Shown: positions 1 to 9,157 of the stretch, one piece after another | How the letters are laid out: each line of letters opens with the position of its first letter | Numbering within the stretch: the stretch's first letter is position 1 | From: Patescibacteria group bacterium | Lineage (GTDB): Bacteria; Patescibacteriota; JAHJAL01 | NCBI GenBank assembly: GCA_049322675.1 | Contig: JBMORM010000009.1 | Span: 16,934-80,933, forward strand | DNA: 64,000 nt | Reading direction: 5' to 3' | Made by a program: the position numbers and the translations under genes | The notes under the pieces: model-generated | Told to the model about the DNA's origin: nothing | Databases searched by the model: none | Seen by the model: only the letters and a program-made list of their open reading frames with translations

Positions 1-2127
1 TTCACCGCCATTGATTTCAAATGATTCGTTGTAAGTCAATTCACAAACGTCATAGTTGCTTGTCCAATTGCAGCTGGAAAGGGATTTTGGTCCCATTACT
101 TTGTCTCCGGCTGATTGAGTAGAAGCAACATAGCCACTGTCGGTTTCTCTGATAGTAACATCATCAAAGAAGTAGGTAGTACCATCATAAAGATCAGCGC
201 CGCCTTGACCTTCTAGTCTGATTTTTAGTTTTCTGACTTCGATATCTCTTGAAGCAGTGGAAATTGCAAAGTTCATCATATTTTGATCTTTGCCATTTTT
301 GGTGATATCACCTGTTGTAGGACCACTAAAATTAACTGTGATATCTCCACCTTGTAAAACTACATATGAATAGTAATCTAAAGCGTCATTTCCATCATAG
401 AGATTTTCGATTCTTGCACCATAGCCATATTGTTGATCAATAATCAACATGTCTGTAGTGTATTCAAGATACATCTGGACGCTTCGTCCGCTTCGACCAG
501 ATGTTGTACCTTTGACGGTAAACAATCTGGTTGAATTTTCAGGCATTTCAAAAGGAGTATCCAAGACAAAGTTGATGTTGTCGCCGTCTAGGCTTTCAGC
601 TTCAGCAATTTTTTCATTGTTGTTGTCATTCCACAATTCTAGATCTGACAAATCGGTATTGCTGATATCGCCGACTTGGACCAATGAAACACGATAAAGT
701 TTGGTGTCATTGGCGCCATTTTCGATTTTGAATTTGGCTAGGTCAGCCTTTTCTCCAACATTTGGGTTGGAAGGATTGGTGCGTTTGCTGATAGTGACTT
801 GACTGGATTCTTCATCGCCAATCGCGAACAATTGTCCTTTGATCGGGAAAGAACCACTAACGGAAGACAAAGAGACATCGCTGGCAGAGAGAATCTCAAA
901 ACCATGTTGTCCTTGTTTGCCGTTAACGAAATCAGCTACAACAGTTAGATATTCGGTTCCGGAAACTGAATAGTTGAGGTTATTGAATTCAACCATTTGG
1001 CTTGATGACGAGACGCTGCGACCATTGGTCAAGCGCTTGTCGCCTTCATATAGATAGACATTGTCAATTGCATCGGTTGAGCCAACGCCGAAACGATGGA
1101 CTTTCAAGCTGGAAATAGTTCCAGTGCCGATCAATTTGAATTTAGTCATAGCTACACCGGTAGCACCTTGAGGAAGAGTTTCTCCTCGTGGAGTATCGGA
1201 AGCCAAGGAAATAGTAACGTCACCAGTGGAGGTGCCGCTGACTGTGATTGGGAAGCTGATTGGTAGATTTAACCAACCAAGATTTTCAGTCACTAGATTG
1301 AAAGTCTCGGTGTAAGTACCATTGGCCTTGCTGGAAGGAACTTTAACAGTGAAGGTAAAGGTTCCTTGAGCGCCTGGGGCAACAGAGGCTTCAGTCAAAC
1401 CAGTTGGGCGATTGGTAGAAAGCCAAGTGGCATCATAGAAGTCTGAGCTGCGATCTTGTGGATTCCAAGTACCAAGGTGCATAGGATTGGCACCGGTATT
1501 GGACCAGGTGGCGGTTCCAGTGTTTTTGACAGTCACTGTCAAAGTAGCGGAGTCGCCGGCGGCAACAGTTGGATCGGTTGATTTGCTGATAAGCTCAGCA
1601 TTGTAACCGCTAGTGCCAGCACCAGGAGTGACAGTGATATTCCAGTAAATACCATATTTACCATGTGGAGTAGCACTAAAATTGTCCATCCAGGTAAGAT
1701 TTTCGATAACAGGGGCAAAATACTCTGGATAGGTTCCAGGAGCAGGATTGCCAACAACAGTAAAGGTAAAAGTACCGATTTCGCCAGGAGCGACTGATGA
1801 TTCATTCAAGCTAGCAGCACGATTGGCGGTTAGCCATTCGCCACTCTTGAAGAATCCGCAGTTTCGATCCTGAGGATTGATAGCAGCCAGGTGCATTGGG
1901 TTGGAACCCGAATTGGTCCAGGCGGCTGTACCGGTATTTTTCAAACTCAAGGTAACAGTAGCGCTACCACCTTGGGAAATAGTTGGCCAATCGGATTGAC
2001 CAGCCCAAGCGTAGTCGTACTCTGCAGCCTTGGCAGAAGACAAAGCAAAAGCAAAAGAAGCTACCACGATGGCAAACATGCCAAAGATGCTAGCCAATTT
2101 GCCAAAGCCTGATTTTGTAAATTTCAT
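1..2127 (-). CDS. Large secreted/surface repeat protein, 5' end complete (ATG at 2127, signal-peptide-like N-terminus MKFTKSGFGKLASIFGMFAIVVASFAFALSSAKA); C-terminus lies beyond the window edge. Contains tandem ~95-aa beta-sandwich-like repeats (..TLTV.VKNTGTA.W.N.G.NPMHL...NPQDR..).
   Basis: Hand translation of the minus strand from 2127 down to 1 in one frame found no stops at the checkpoints examined. The track omits it because there is no in-window stop. Repeat units were seen directly. The gene is GC-richer than its neighbours. Confidence 0.6.
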   Translation of the reverse strand, partial: MKFTKSGFGKLASIFGMFAIVVASFAFALSSAKAAEYDYAWAGQSDWPTISQGGSATVTLSLKNTGTAAWTNSGSNPMHLAAINPQDRNCGFFKSGEWLTANRAASLNESSVAPGEIGTFTFTVVGNPAPGTYPEYFAPVIENLTWMDNFSATPHGKYGIYWNITVTPGAGTSGYNAELISKSTDPTVAAGDSATLTVTVKNTGTATWSNTGANPMHLGTWNPQDRSSDFYDATWLSTNRPTGLTEASVAPGAQGTFTFTVKVPSSKANGTYTETFNLVTENLGWLNLPISFPITVSGTSTGDVTISLASDTPRGETLPQGATGVAMTKFKLIGTGTISSLKVHRFGVGSTDAIDNVYLYEGDKRLTNGRSVSSSSQMVEFNNLNYSVSGTEYLTVVADFVNGKQGQHGFEILSASDVSLSSVSGSFPIKGQLFAIGDEESSQVTISKRTNPSNPNVGEKADLAKFKIENGANDTKLYRVSLVQVGDISNTDLSDLELWNDNNNEKIAEAESLDGDNINFVLDTPFEMPENSTRLFTVKGTTSGRSGRSVQMYLEYTTDMLIIDQQYGYGARIENLYDGNDALDYYSYVVLQGGDITVNFSGPTTGDITKNGKDQNMMNFAISTASRDIEVRKLKIRLEGQGGADLYDGTTYFFDDVTIRETDSGYVASTQSAGDKVMGPKSLSSCNWTSNYDVCELTYNESFEINGGE

Positions 2128-2439
2128 AGCAAATAGACCTAAATAAAATACGGATAAATATATCAAATAGGAAACTTAATCTTGAGCCAATTCAACCAAA
2201 GGTACTATATAGATTAAATACCTACCGACCACTTGAGTTGAACAAAAGAATACGCGGCTTAAGATTAGCGTTTGCCGAGAGGAGACAAAGATAAAAATAA
2301 AATTTCCAATTATCAATTTCCTATTTCCAATAAATATTGAAAATTGAATTGATAAATTTTTTTCTAGAATTCTGCCTGATTTTTAAAGTGCGATGGTGAA
2401 CAGGAGTATATAGTGGGGGGATAATTGACAAATTGAGGA

Positions 2440-3672
2440 TTATATGGCGGCTGGATCTTCAGCAGCTTCTGATTGCTCTAGTGTGGTAGTGGTGGTATTT
2501 TCAGTTGAGGTTGTGTCAACCGGAGTTGCAACGATTGGAGTTTCGGCTTGTTTGAGAATATCGTTTTCTTTTTTAAGGGTGATGTCGTTGACATTTTGAA
2601 CGTATTTTCCGTCTTTGTAGATGTATTTGGTAAAGAAGGAATGTTCTTTGGGTAAACTGGAAATTGGAATCATTTCTTCGCCGCAAACTGGGTCTTTGCC
2701 GGGTTTATCGGAAATGTAATCGCAGGTAGGAGAATAATACCATTGGTTTTGAATAACCAATGCGGCGCTTTCCGGGGTTGATGGTTGGGAATCTATGGGA
2801 ATATTTGAGTCTTCGGAAAGAATTATATTTTCCTCTGTTGAATCTGTCGGAGATAATTCGGGAACGGGATTAACGGGGTTCTCTTGATTGGAGGTAGAAT
2901 TTTCTATGTTGTTGTCAGGCGTAGTGTTGTCAATATTTACAATTGGTTGGTTGTCAGCTATTTCTTTTTTAACTTTGAGTGACTTTTCATCTTCTTTTAT
3001 TTCCGCGGCCAATTGATTTTTTTGTTCATTGAGTTTGATTATAGTTTCGTCCAATTTTTTGACCGTTTCTTTTTCGTCTGATTGAACAACTGCTTCGGTA
3101 GTTGATGTCTGTTCACTAACGACTTTTTCTTCGATTGGTTTTTTAACACTGACTACGGCTTGCATCAGATCCATTTGTGATTCTTGAATGGTTGATTTGA
3201 CAATAATCTTCACTTCTTCCTGGGCAGGCTGTTCATTGATTTTGCTTACGACCTTGGTTTGGATGGCTTGAAGCTGGTCGATTTGAGGAGAAAGATCATT
3301 GGCTTTTTTCTCGGAAGCAATAGTCTCGTCTTGACTAATTAATTTGGAGAATTTACTGATATTTTTTTGGTATTCATCTGAAATAGTAACGATATTGTCC
3401 AATGAAAAATCATTTTTTTCTGCCAGATAATCTAGTTCATTGAGTCTTTCAGTGCCATATTGCAGATGTAGTTGAGCTTGTTTTTGGTTGTTTTCTCCGG
3501 CGGAGATTAAGTTTATTTTTTCCAAATTGAGATCCAATTGATAAAAAGGACTATCAGGCATGACACCTTTGGAAAAATCCAGATTGGCAGCCAGCGAAGA
3601 CTGGCTGGTGAGAGTTACCAGAAAAATAAAGAGAACCATACCATAACTTATTTTTGGAAGAATATTTTTCAT
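2440..3672 (-). CDS. Secreted coiled-coil protein with a C-terminal degenerate heavy-metal-binding-domain-like motif (YYSPTCDYISDKPGKDPVCGEEMIPI)
   Basis: N-terminal hydrophobic signal segment; long charged/coiled-coil middle; the C-terminal motif resembles the CusB/CzcB-type YxCPMHP..DKPGKCPxCGM motif but with only 2 Cys. Confidence 0.55.
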   Translation of the reverse strand: MKNILPKISYGMVLFIFLVTLTSQSSLAANLDFSKGVMPDSPFYQLDLNLEKINLISAGENNQKQAQLHLQYGTERLNELDYLAEKNDFSLDNIVTISDEYQKNISKFSKLISQDETIASEKKANDLSPQIDQLQAIQTKVVSKINEQPAQEEVKIIVKSTIQESQMDLMQAVVSVKKPIEEKVVSEQTSTTEAVVQSDEKETVKKLDETIIKLNEQKNQLAAEIKEDEKSLKVKKEIADNQPIVNIDNTTPDNNIENSTSNQENPVNPVPELSPTDSTEENIILSEDSNIPIDSQPSTPESAALVIQNQWYYSPTCDYISDKPGKDPVCGEEMIPISSLPKEHSFFTKYIYKDGKYVQNVNDITLKKENDILKQAETPIVATPVDTTSTENTTTTTLEQSEAAEDPAAI

Positions 3673-3752
3673 ATATTGTCTGCGAAATCAGATAACGATA
3701 TTACCTACTTTTAATATTAAATCTTTGAAGATTAAATGAAGATAAAATTTTT

Positions 3753-5180
3753 TTAGGTTATCGAGTTGTTCTGTGGAAAAATTATTGTAACTCTAGTTCC
3801 CTTGCCGAATATGCTTTTTATATCAATTTGACCTTGATGATGATTGATAATTTCTTTGGCGATCGATAAACCCAAACCAAAGCCTTTTTTGGAATCAGTT
3901 TGACTTTTAGCGGTTTGAAAATGGCGGTCGAAAACAAAGGGCAAATCTTTTTCATGAATACCAATACCTGTATCTTGAATACTAAATATTATCTGATGGT
4001 CTTTGACGGATAGCTTGATAATAATTTTCCCGTTCGCTTGATTGTATTTGATAGCATTGTCCAAAAGATTGGTGATCAAACGTTTGATTTGGGCGTTGTT
4101 TCCCAAAAAAATATATTTTCGATTATCAATTGCTTTTTTATAATTTAGTTCCAGACCAAATTGTTTGATCTTGTTTTTGTGGCCTTCTACTACTTCGTCA
4201 ACGATTGAAGCAAAATTAATTTTTACTTTGGGGACATCGGCTAGATATTCCAGATGACTAAAATCCAGCAGATCGCCGATAATCAGATCCATTCTTTTGG
4301 TTTCAGATTTGATAGTAGTAATAATTCTGGCAAATTGGCCGGGAGTTAGATTTTTTTTGCGTAAAGCCAGGTCGGCATTGCCTTGAATGATCGTCAATGG
4401 CGTTCTCAGATCGTGGGAAACATTGGCGGTAAAGTTTTTTTCTCGAACCAATTCATGTTCGATTTTATCCAGCATTTGATTGAATGTGGAGGCTAAACGA
4501 GTCAATTCGTCTTGGTAATTTTTTGGGACCGGGAGTCGTTTTTCCAGATCTTGTGACTTGGTAATGGCGTTGACATTGTTTATTAGTTCATTGACATAAC
4601 TTAGAGTGCTGCGACCGAGAAAATATCCGGTAATCAGACTGATGACGATGGAAGCAAATATACCCAAAACCAAGATAATGGCTAGCTGGTCGAGAGCGTC
4701 AAAAGCGTTGTCAACCGGTTGGCTCAATTCGATCACGCCTACGATTTTTTCATTTTTTTTGATCGGCGCAATTAGGTAGATATTTTTTTTGTTGTCTTCG
4801 TCTTCAATGATTGAAACATATTCTTGTCCGGTCAATAAAGAAGTGTTGATTTTACTTTGACTGGGTTTTAGTTGATTTTTGAATGATCCAAGCTGGACAA
4901 TAATGTTTTTTTCTTGGTCAATAATACGTAGTGAAAGACTATTGGCGTGTAGTTTATCAGATAATAATGTATCTTGATCTTGAGATTTGAGAGCAATGGT
5001 TTGATCGGGAAATTCGATAAATTGATTGATAATCTCTTGATTTTGATTTTGTATAGAGCTTTTGAGATTGTTGGTAATATTGTGACTGAGCAAAATATAA
5101 CTAGTGACGGCAAAAATCATGACGATAACCGTCATGATCAGGGTATATAAGATAGTAAATTTTGTACGAATACTTTGCAT
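3753..5180 (-). CDS. Sensor histidine kinase (2 TM, periplasmic loop, HAMP, HisKA, HATPase_c)
   Basis: H-box VSHDLRTPLT; G-boxes DTGIGI and GLGLSIAKE; two N-terminal TM helices. Confidence 0.85.
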   Translation of the reverse strand: MQSIRTKFTILYTLIMTVIVMIFAVTSYILLSHNITNNLKSSIQNQNQEIINQFIEFPDQTIALKSQDQDTLLSDKLHANSLSLRIIDQEKNIIVQLGSFKNQLKPSQSKINTSLLTGQEYVSIIEDEDNKKNIYLIAPIKKNEKIVGVIELSQPVDNAFDALDQLAIILVLGIFASIVISLITGYFLGRSTLSYVNELINNVNAITKSQDLEKRLPVPKNYQDELTRLASTFNQMLDKIEHELVREKNFTANVSHDLRTPLTIIQGNADLALRKKNLTPGQFARIITTIKSETKRMDLIIGDLLDFSHLEYLADVPKVKINFASIVDEVVEGHKNKIKQFGLELNYKKAIDNRKYIFLGNNAQIKRLITNLLDNAIKYNQANGKIIIKLSVKDHQIIFSIQDTGIGIHEKDLPFVFDRHFQTAKSQTDSKKGFGLGLSIAKEIINHHQGQIDIKSIFGKGTRVTIIFPQNNSIT

Positions 5181-5237
5181 GGATAGTGAGATTTGCTAAA
5201 AGCCGAAAACAGATCGTGAAAAGATGATTATTAATAG

Positions 5238-5909
5238 TTACTCTGATAATTTGTAGCCGGCACCGCGGATGGTTTTTATCATTTTGTGATCAAAGTCTTG
5301 ATCGATTTTTTGGCGAAGATAGCGAATATGAACTTCAACGGTATTGCTAAAAGGGTCGGTATCAGTTTCCCAGACGTGTTCCAATATTTCTTGGCGGTTG
5401 ATTACTTCGTTGGGGCGACGAATGAGATATTCCAGTAATTTATATTCTTTGTTGGTAAGATCTAGAACCTTTCCTTGTCGGACAACCTCATGAGTTTTGG
5501 TATTGAGATTTAGTTCGCCCAGTTTGAGTAAATTGCCGGTGGCATTTTTTTGTCCACGACGCAAAAGAGCCCTTATTCTGGCCATTAATTCATCAAATTC
5601 AAATGGTTTGGTAAGGTAGTCATCCGCTCCGGAATCCAGTCCAGAGATGATATCGTCAGTAGTTTTTCTGGCTGTCAGCATCAATACTGGTAGGGCCAAT
5701 TTATTTTTTCTTAACTCTTTGCAAACATTTAGTCCATCCATGTCGGGTAGCATTAAGTCCAGAATTATCAGATCATACTGGTTTATCAGGGCCATATCTA
5801 TCCCTTCCCGACCAGTAAAGGCGGCGTCAACCAAAAAATTTTCTAGACGCAATCCTTCTTTGATCAGATTAGAAATACCCTTTTCATCTTCAATAAGTAA
5901 GATTTTCAT
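5238..5909 (-). CDS. OmpR/PhoB-family response regulator
   Basis: REC domain MKILLIEDE...DLMLPDMDG...KPF; winged-helix C-terminus ..TIRGAGYKL. Confidence 0.9.
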   Translation of the reverse strand: MKILLIEDEKGISNLIKEGLRLENFLVDAAFTGREGIDMALINQYDLIILDLMLPDMDGLNVCKELRKNKLALPVLMLTARKTTDDIISGLDSGADDYLTKPFEFDELMARIRALLRRGQKNATGNLLKLGELNLNTKTHEVVRQGKVLDLTNKEYKLLEYLIRRPNEVINRQEILEHVWETDTDPFSNTVEVHIRYLRQKIDQDFDHKMIKTIRGAGYKLSE

Positions 5910-5924
5910 ATTGAAAAAATTTAG

Positions 5925-6290
5925 TTAGACAAGATTTATCAATTTGGGGCCAAATATTATTATTCCGATTATGATACTGACGGCGCTTGCAAATAAGACA
6001 ACACCGGCCGTGGCGTCTTTGATGATTTTGATTTTATCGTGATAATCAGGGTGTAAAACATCCAAGATGTTTTCCAATACAGTATTTACTATTTCCGCCA
6101 TGGCCACGAAAGCAATAATAATCAGAATAAACAAAAATTCGTAATAATCAATTTTTAAGATTAAGCCGAGAATCAAAGCAGCAATTCCAAATAAAACATG
6201 AATTTTGAAATTTTGTTCGTAGCGCAAAAGATAAATCAAACCGCGAATGGCATGCCCGAAGCTGGAAATTAGTTTTTTAAAGTCAAACAT
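5925..6290 (-). CDS. dgkA: Diacylglycerol/undecaprenol kinase DgkA family
   Basis: 121 aa, 3 TM, AMAEIVNT..E motif. Confidence 0.75.
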   Translation of the reverse strand: MFDFKKLISSFGHAIRGLIYLLRYEQNFKIHVLFGIAALILGLILKIDYYEFLFILIIIAFVAMAEIVNTVLENILDVLHPDYHDKIKIIKDATAGVVLFASAVSIIIGIIIFGPKLINLV

Positions 6291-6292
6291 TT

Positions 6293-6706
6293 TTACAATA
6301 GGTTATTGATTTTTTGTAAAATCCTTGACCATTTCTTTTGGTCTGTCTTTGAATAGTGATCGTGTCCTAAAAGATGAATAAATCCATGGACGATGTACGA
6401 GTCGTAATTTTTACATTTTTCGTCCTGTTGTTTGATGTATTCCGGGCAAAGATATATGGAGCCAAAAATTGTGTGCTGTTGATTGTCTTTGAGGTGTGAA
6501 TGGTCAACCGGGAAAGAAAGTACGTCGGTTTCTTCATCGCGATTAAGATATTCGCGATTAAGTTTTTTGATTATTTTTCGATTAACCAATATCAATTCCA
6601 AAATATGCTGTGGTTTTATTTTGAAGTGGGAAAAAAGTTTTTGGTGGAGTTGGTCAGCATGTTTTTTAGAAAAATCTGTTTGGGTTAGATTGTAAATGAT
6701 AAGCAT
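6293..6706 (-). CDS. ybeY: rRNA maturation endoribonuclease YbeY
   Basis: DVLSFP and HGFIHLLGHDH motifs. Confidence 0.85.
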   Translation of the reverse strand: MLIIYNLTQTDFSKKHADQLHQKLFSHFKIKPQHILELILVNRKIIKKLNREYLNRDEETDVLSFPVDHSHLKDNQQHTIFGSIYLCPEYIKQQDEKCKNYDSYIVHGFIHLLGHDHYSKTDQKKWSRILQKINNLL

Positions 6707-6759
6707 AAGCCAAAATATACTTATAGAGACTAAAAAGTCTCTATAAAGTTGTTACGAAA

Positions 6760-6954
6760 TTATTTGAGTAATCTTCGTTTTAATCTAGCTGCTTTTTGAA
6801 TGGCAACAATGCGTTTGAATTTTCTTTTTACAGGTCGGACTCGCCTTTGTCTTTCTTTGGCATTGGTTATGACTTTGCTTTGTTGGACATTGCGAATAAA
6901 ACGACGTAATAGACTCTCAACGTTTTCATTGTCGCGACGAATTACTTTTGTCAA
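6760..6954 (-). CDS. rpsU: 30S ribosomal protein S21, TTG start
   Basis: VIRRDNENVESLLRRFIRNV.. matches the S21 family; the start codon is TTG (caa on the plus strand at 6952-6954). Confidence 0.75.
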   Translation of the reverse strand: MTKVIRRDNENVESLLRRFIRNVQQSKVITNAKERQRRVRPVKRKFKRIVAIQKAARLKRRLLK

Positions 6955-6960
6955 TTGATA

Positions 6961-6972
6961 TCACCTCCTCCA
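6961..6972 (-). promoter_or_regulatory. Strong Shine-Dalgarno GGAGGAGGTGAT 6 nt upstream of the rpsU TTG start
   Basis: Plus strand atcacctcctcc; complementary to the 16S 3' end CCUCCUUU found in this window. Confidence 0.55.
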
Positions 6973-7040
6973 GATAAGTAATTTATACTGATGCATATAT
7001 ATTATTGAATACCAGAGATATTTAGTCAAGATGTGAGCGA

Positions 7041-7382
7041 TCAGGCCATTGATCCGAGTATTTTTCCTCCCAAAAGATGCAGATGAAGATGATCTACGGT
7101 TTGTCCGGCGCCTGAACGAGTATTGATTACGAGACGATAACCTGTTTCGGAAAGTTGATAATCAAAAGCCAATTTTTTGGCCAAAATAAACATTTTACCA
7201 ATCAATTCGGTATCTGTGTCAGAGATTTCATTGATGTTTTTTATATGTCTTTTGGGGACAATAAGGACGTGAACAGGTGTTTTGGGATTTATATCTTTGA
7301 AGGCGACAATATGCTCATCTTCGTAAAGTAAATCGCAAGGAATTTCACGGGAGGAGATTTTGCAAAAAAGGCATTGGTCCAT
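7041..7382 (-). CDS. HIT-family nucleotide hydrolase
   Basis: Histidine triad HLHLHLL motif. Confidence 0.85.
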   Translation of the reverse strand: MDQCLFCKISSREIPCDLLYEDEHIVAFKDINPKTPVHVLIVPKRHIKNINEISDTDTELIGKMFILAKKLAFDYQLSETGYRLVINTRSGAGQTVDHLHLHLLGGKILGSMA

Positions 7383-7425
7383 ATTATATTTTTAATAATT
7401 ATTGCAAAGGTAAAAATAATTTTAT

Positions 7426-7926
7426 TTAATCCAAACTTTCGACAACCACAGTTTTAGCCAATAGATCCCCTACTCTTTGTGAATTTTTGGTGTAGGTAAT
7501 AAAAATAAAGCCTAGGAGATAAAAAGCAGTAAAATCAATCGGACGAAGCAGATTACGGATAATGACGGAAGAAATTGAAGGGCGATTGCCTTTCTCGCTG
7601 ACCAATGTTAGTTTAAATATCTTCTTTCCTAAAGTCCAACCAAAAAGGCTTTCAAAAACTATAAAATAGGCAAAGGTAATTAGGATGAAGATAATGAGAG
7701 TGTTATTTTCAAGTTTTATGTTCTCGGATGGAAAGGAGAAGAGTTTAAGATAGATAGCCAGTAGAGCAGCATTTATCAATAAATGATCGAAAATAACTGC
7801 AAAAATTCGTTTGTAAATATTGGCGTTAATCAGATTCATATTTTTACTCCTACAACTAGGATATAACAATTTTTTTAATAAAGAAAAAACATTGTCATTC
7901 TTGTTCTCCCATGAGGTCGTTTGCAA
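7426..7926 (-). CDS. RDD-family membrane protein (true start probably internal, near 7842)
   Basis: RPID..QRVGDLLAKTVVV motif; TM helices. Confidence 0.65.
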   Translation of the reverse strand: MQTTSWENKNDNVFSLLKKLLYPSCRSKNMNLINANIYKRIFAVIFDHLLINAALLAIYLKLFSFPSENIKLENNTLIIFILITFAYFIVFESLFGWTLGKKIFKLTLVSEKGNRPSISSVIIRNLLRPIDFTAFYLLGFIFITYTKNSQRVGDLLAKTVVVESLD

Positions 7927-9157
7927 CTATTTTTCTTATTTTGATGGGATAAATACGATTGGGTGACAATGGTTGGGAAGAGTTGATGATAACCGGCAGG
8001 TAACTATCTGAATATCCTCGATAAATATTTTTGTTTTGATCTTTTTGACGTATTTGCTCGATTAGGACTGGGACAATTTTGCCAATTTGACTAGTAAAAA
8101 AAAGGTGGCGAGACTTGCTAGCAACTGCATTAAGCATTTGATATCGTTTTTTTATTTCTTGATAATCGACTTGGTTGGCATATTTTGACGAATCAGTCTG
8201 GGAATGATTGGAATATGAAAATAGATGTACTTTTAGAAATGGAATTTGCTCAATGACTTGTATAGTGCAGTCAAGGTCTTGTTGATCTTCTCCAGGGAAG
8301 CCAACGATAACATCAGTAGTAATAGAAACTCCAGGAATTAATTTATAAATTTTTTTGGTTGTGGCTAGATATTTCGAAACGGAATAAGGGCGTCGCATTA
8401 ATTTCAAAATTTTGTCGGAACCAGATTGGAGAGCCAGATGAAAATGAGGACAGATAATCTTTGAATATGATTGATATAGGCTCAAGAGTTCATCGTTGAT
8501 ATCACAAACATCAATTGAGCTAATTCTAAGTCTTTTGATATTGGTTTGATCGAGAATAAATTTGATAAGTTGCTGTAGATCAAATTTTTCGTATTTATAC
8601 TGTCCAAGATTTGTTCCAGTAAGAACTATTTCTTGAAAGTCATGCTGGAGATAAAAATTTATTTGTTTAATGATTTCGTCAGGAGAGATGCTACTAGAGT
8701 TTCCGCGTTGAAAGGGAATGACGCAATAAGAGCAGCGGGTATTGCATCCACTTTGAATTTTGATAAAGCTTCGAGTTTTAGCCAGCTGCGGGCGGGTAGA
8801 TATGGGAATAATTGCTTTTTGACTTGGTTTGGTAATTAGTTTTTTTAGGAGGCCTGGGACAGTATTTTTTTTGGCACTAGGTACAACAAGAATATTATCC
8901 GGATTTTTTTGACGAATAAAAGACAATGGCATACATCCGGTGACTATAAAGATTTTGTCAGTTTGAATATTTTTTTGAATAAATTGTTGTATTTTTTCAA
9001 AAGCCCTACCGGTAACGTTGCAGGTGTTAATTAAAATCAAATCAGCGTGTCTGATTTGATTTGTTGAGGTATAACCCAGATCGAAAGCGGAAATTTTTAA
9101 TTCCTGTAACTCAGCCAGATTTAGCTTACAGCCAAAGTTTTGAAAAAATATTTTCAT
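7895..9157 (-). CDS. Radical-SAM methylthiotransferase (MiaB/MtaB/RimO family), start reassigned to the ATG overlapping the hisS stop (ATGA)
   Basis: MKIFFQNFGCKLN (MTTase N domain), CNTRCSYCVIP radical SAM cluster, C-terminal TRAM-like region. Confidence 0.8.
   Translation of the reverse strand: MKIFFQNFGCKLNLAELQELKISAFDLGYTSTNQIRHADLILINTCNVTGRAFEKIQQFIQKNIQTDKIFIVTGCMPLSFIRQKNPDNILVVPSAKKNTVPGLLKKLITKPSQKAIIPISTRPQLAKTRSFIKIQSGCNTRCSYCVIPFQRGNSSSISPDEIIKQINFYLQHDFQEIVLTGTNLGQYKYEKFDLQQLIKFILDQTNIKRLRISSIDVCDINDELLSLYQSYSKIICPHFHLALQSGSDKILKLMRRPYSVSKYLATTKKIYKLIPGVSITTDVIVGFPGEDQQDLDCTIQVIEQIPFLKVHLFSYSNHSQTDSSKYANQVDYQEIKKRYQMLNAVASKSRHLFFTSQIGKIVPVLIEQIRQKDQNKNIYRGYSDSYLPVIINSSQPLSPNRIYPIKIRKIVANDLMGEQE

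Noticed and set aside
449-2112. Track ORFs 449-697(+), 1539-1805(-) and 1891-2112(+)
   Set aside because: All lie inside, or in other frames of, the long minus-strand surface-protein ORF (1-2127), which the track omits because it has no in-window stop. They are likely spurious.
4868-5113. 81-aa nested ORF inside the histidine kinase gene
   Set aside because: Same strand but a different frame within a well-supported CDS. No independent signals.
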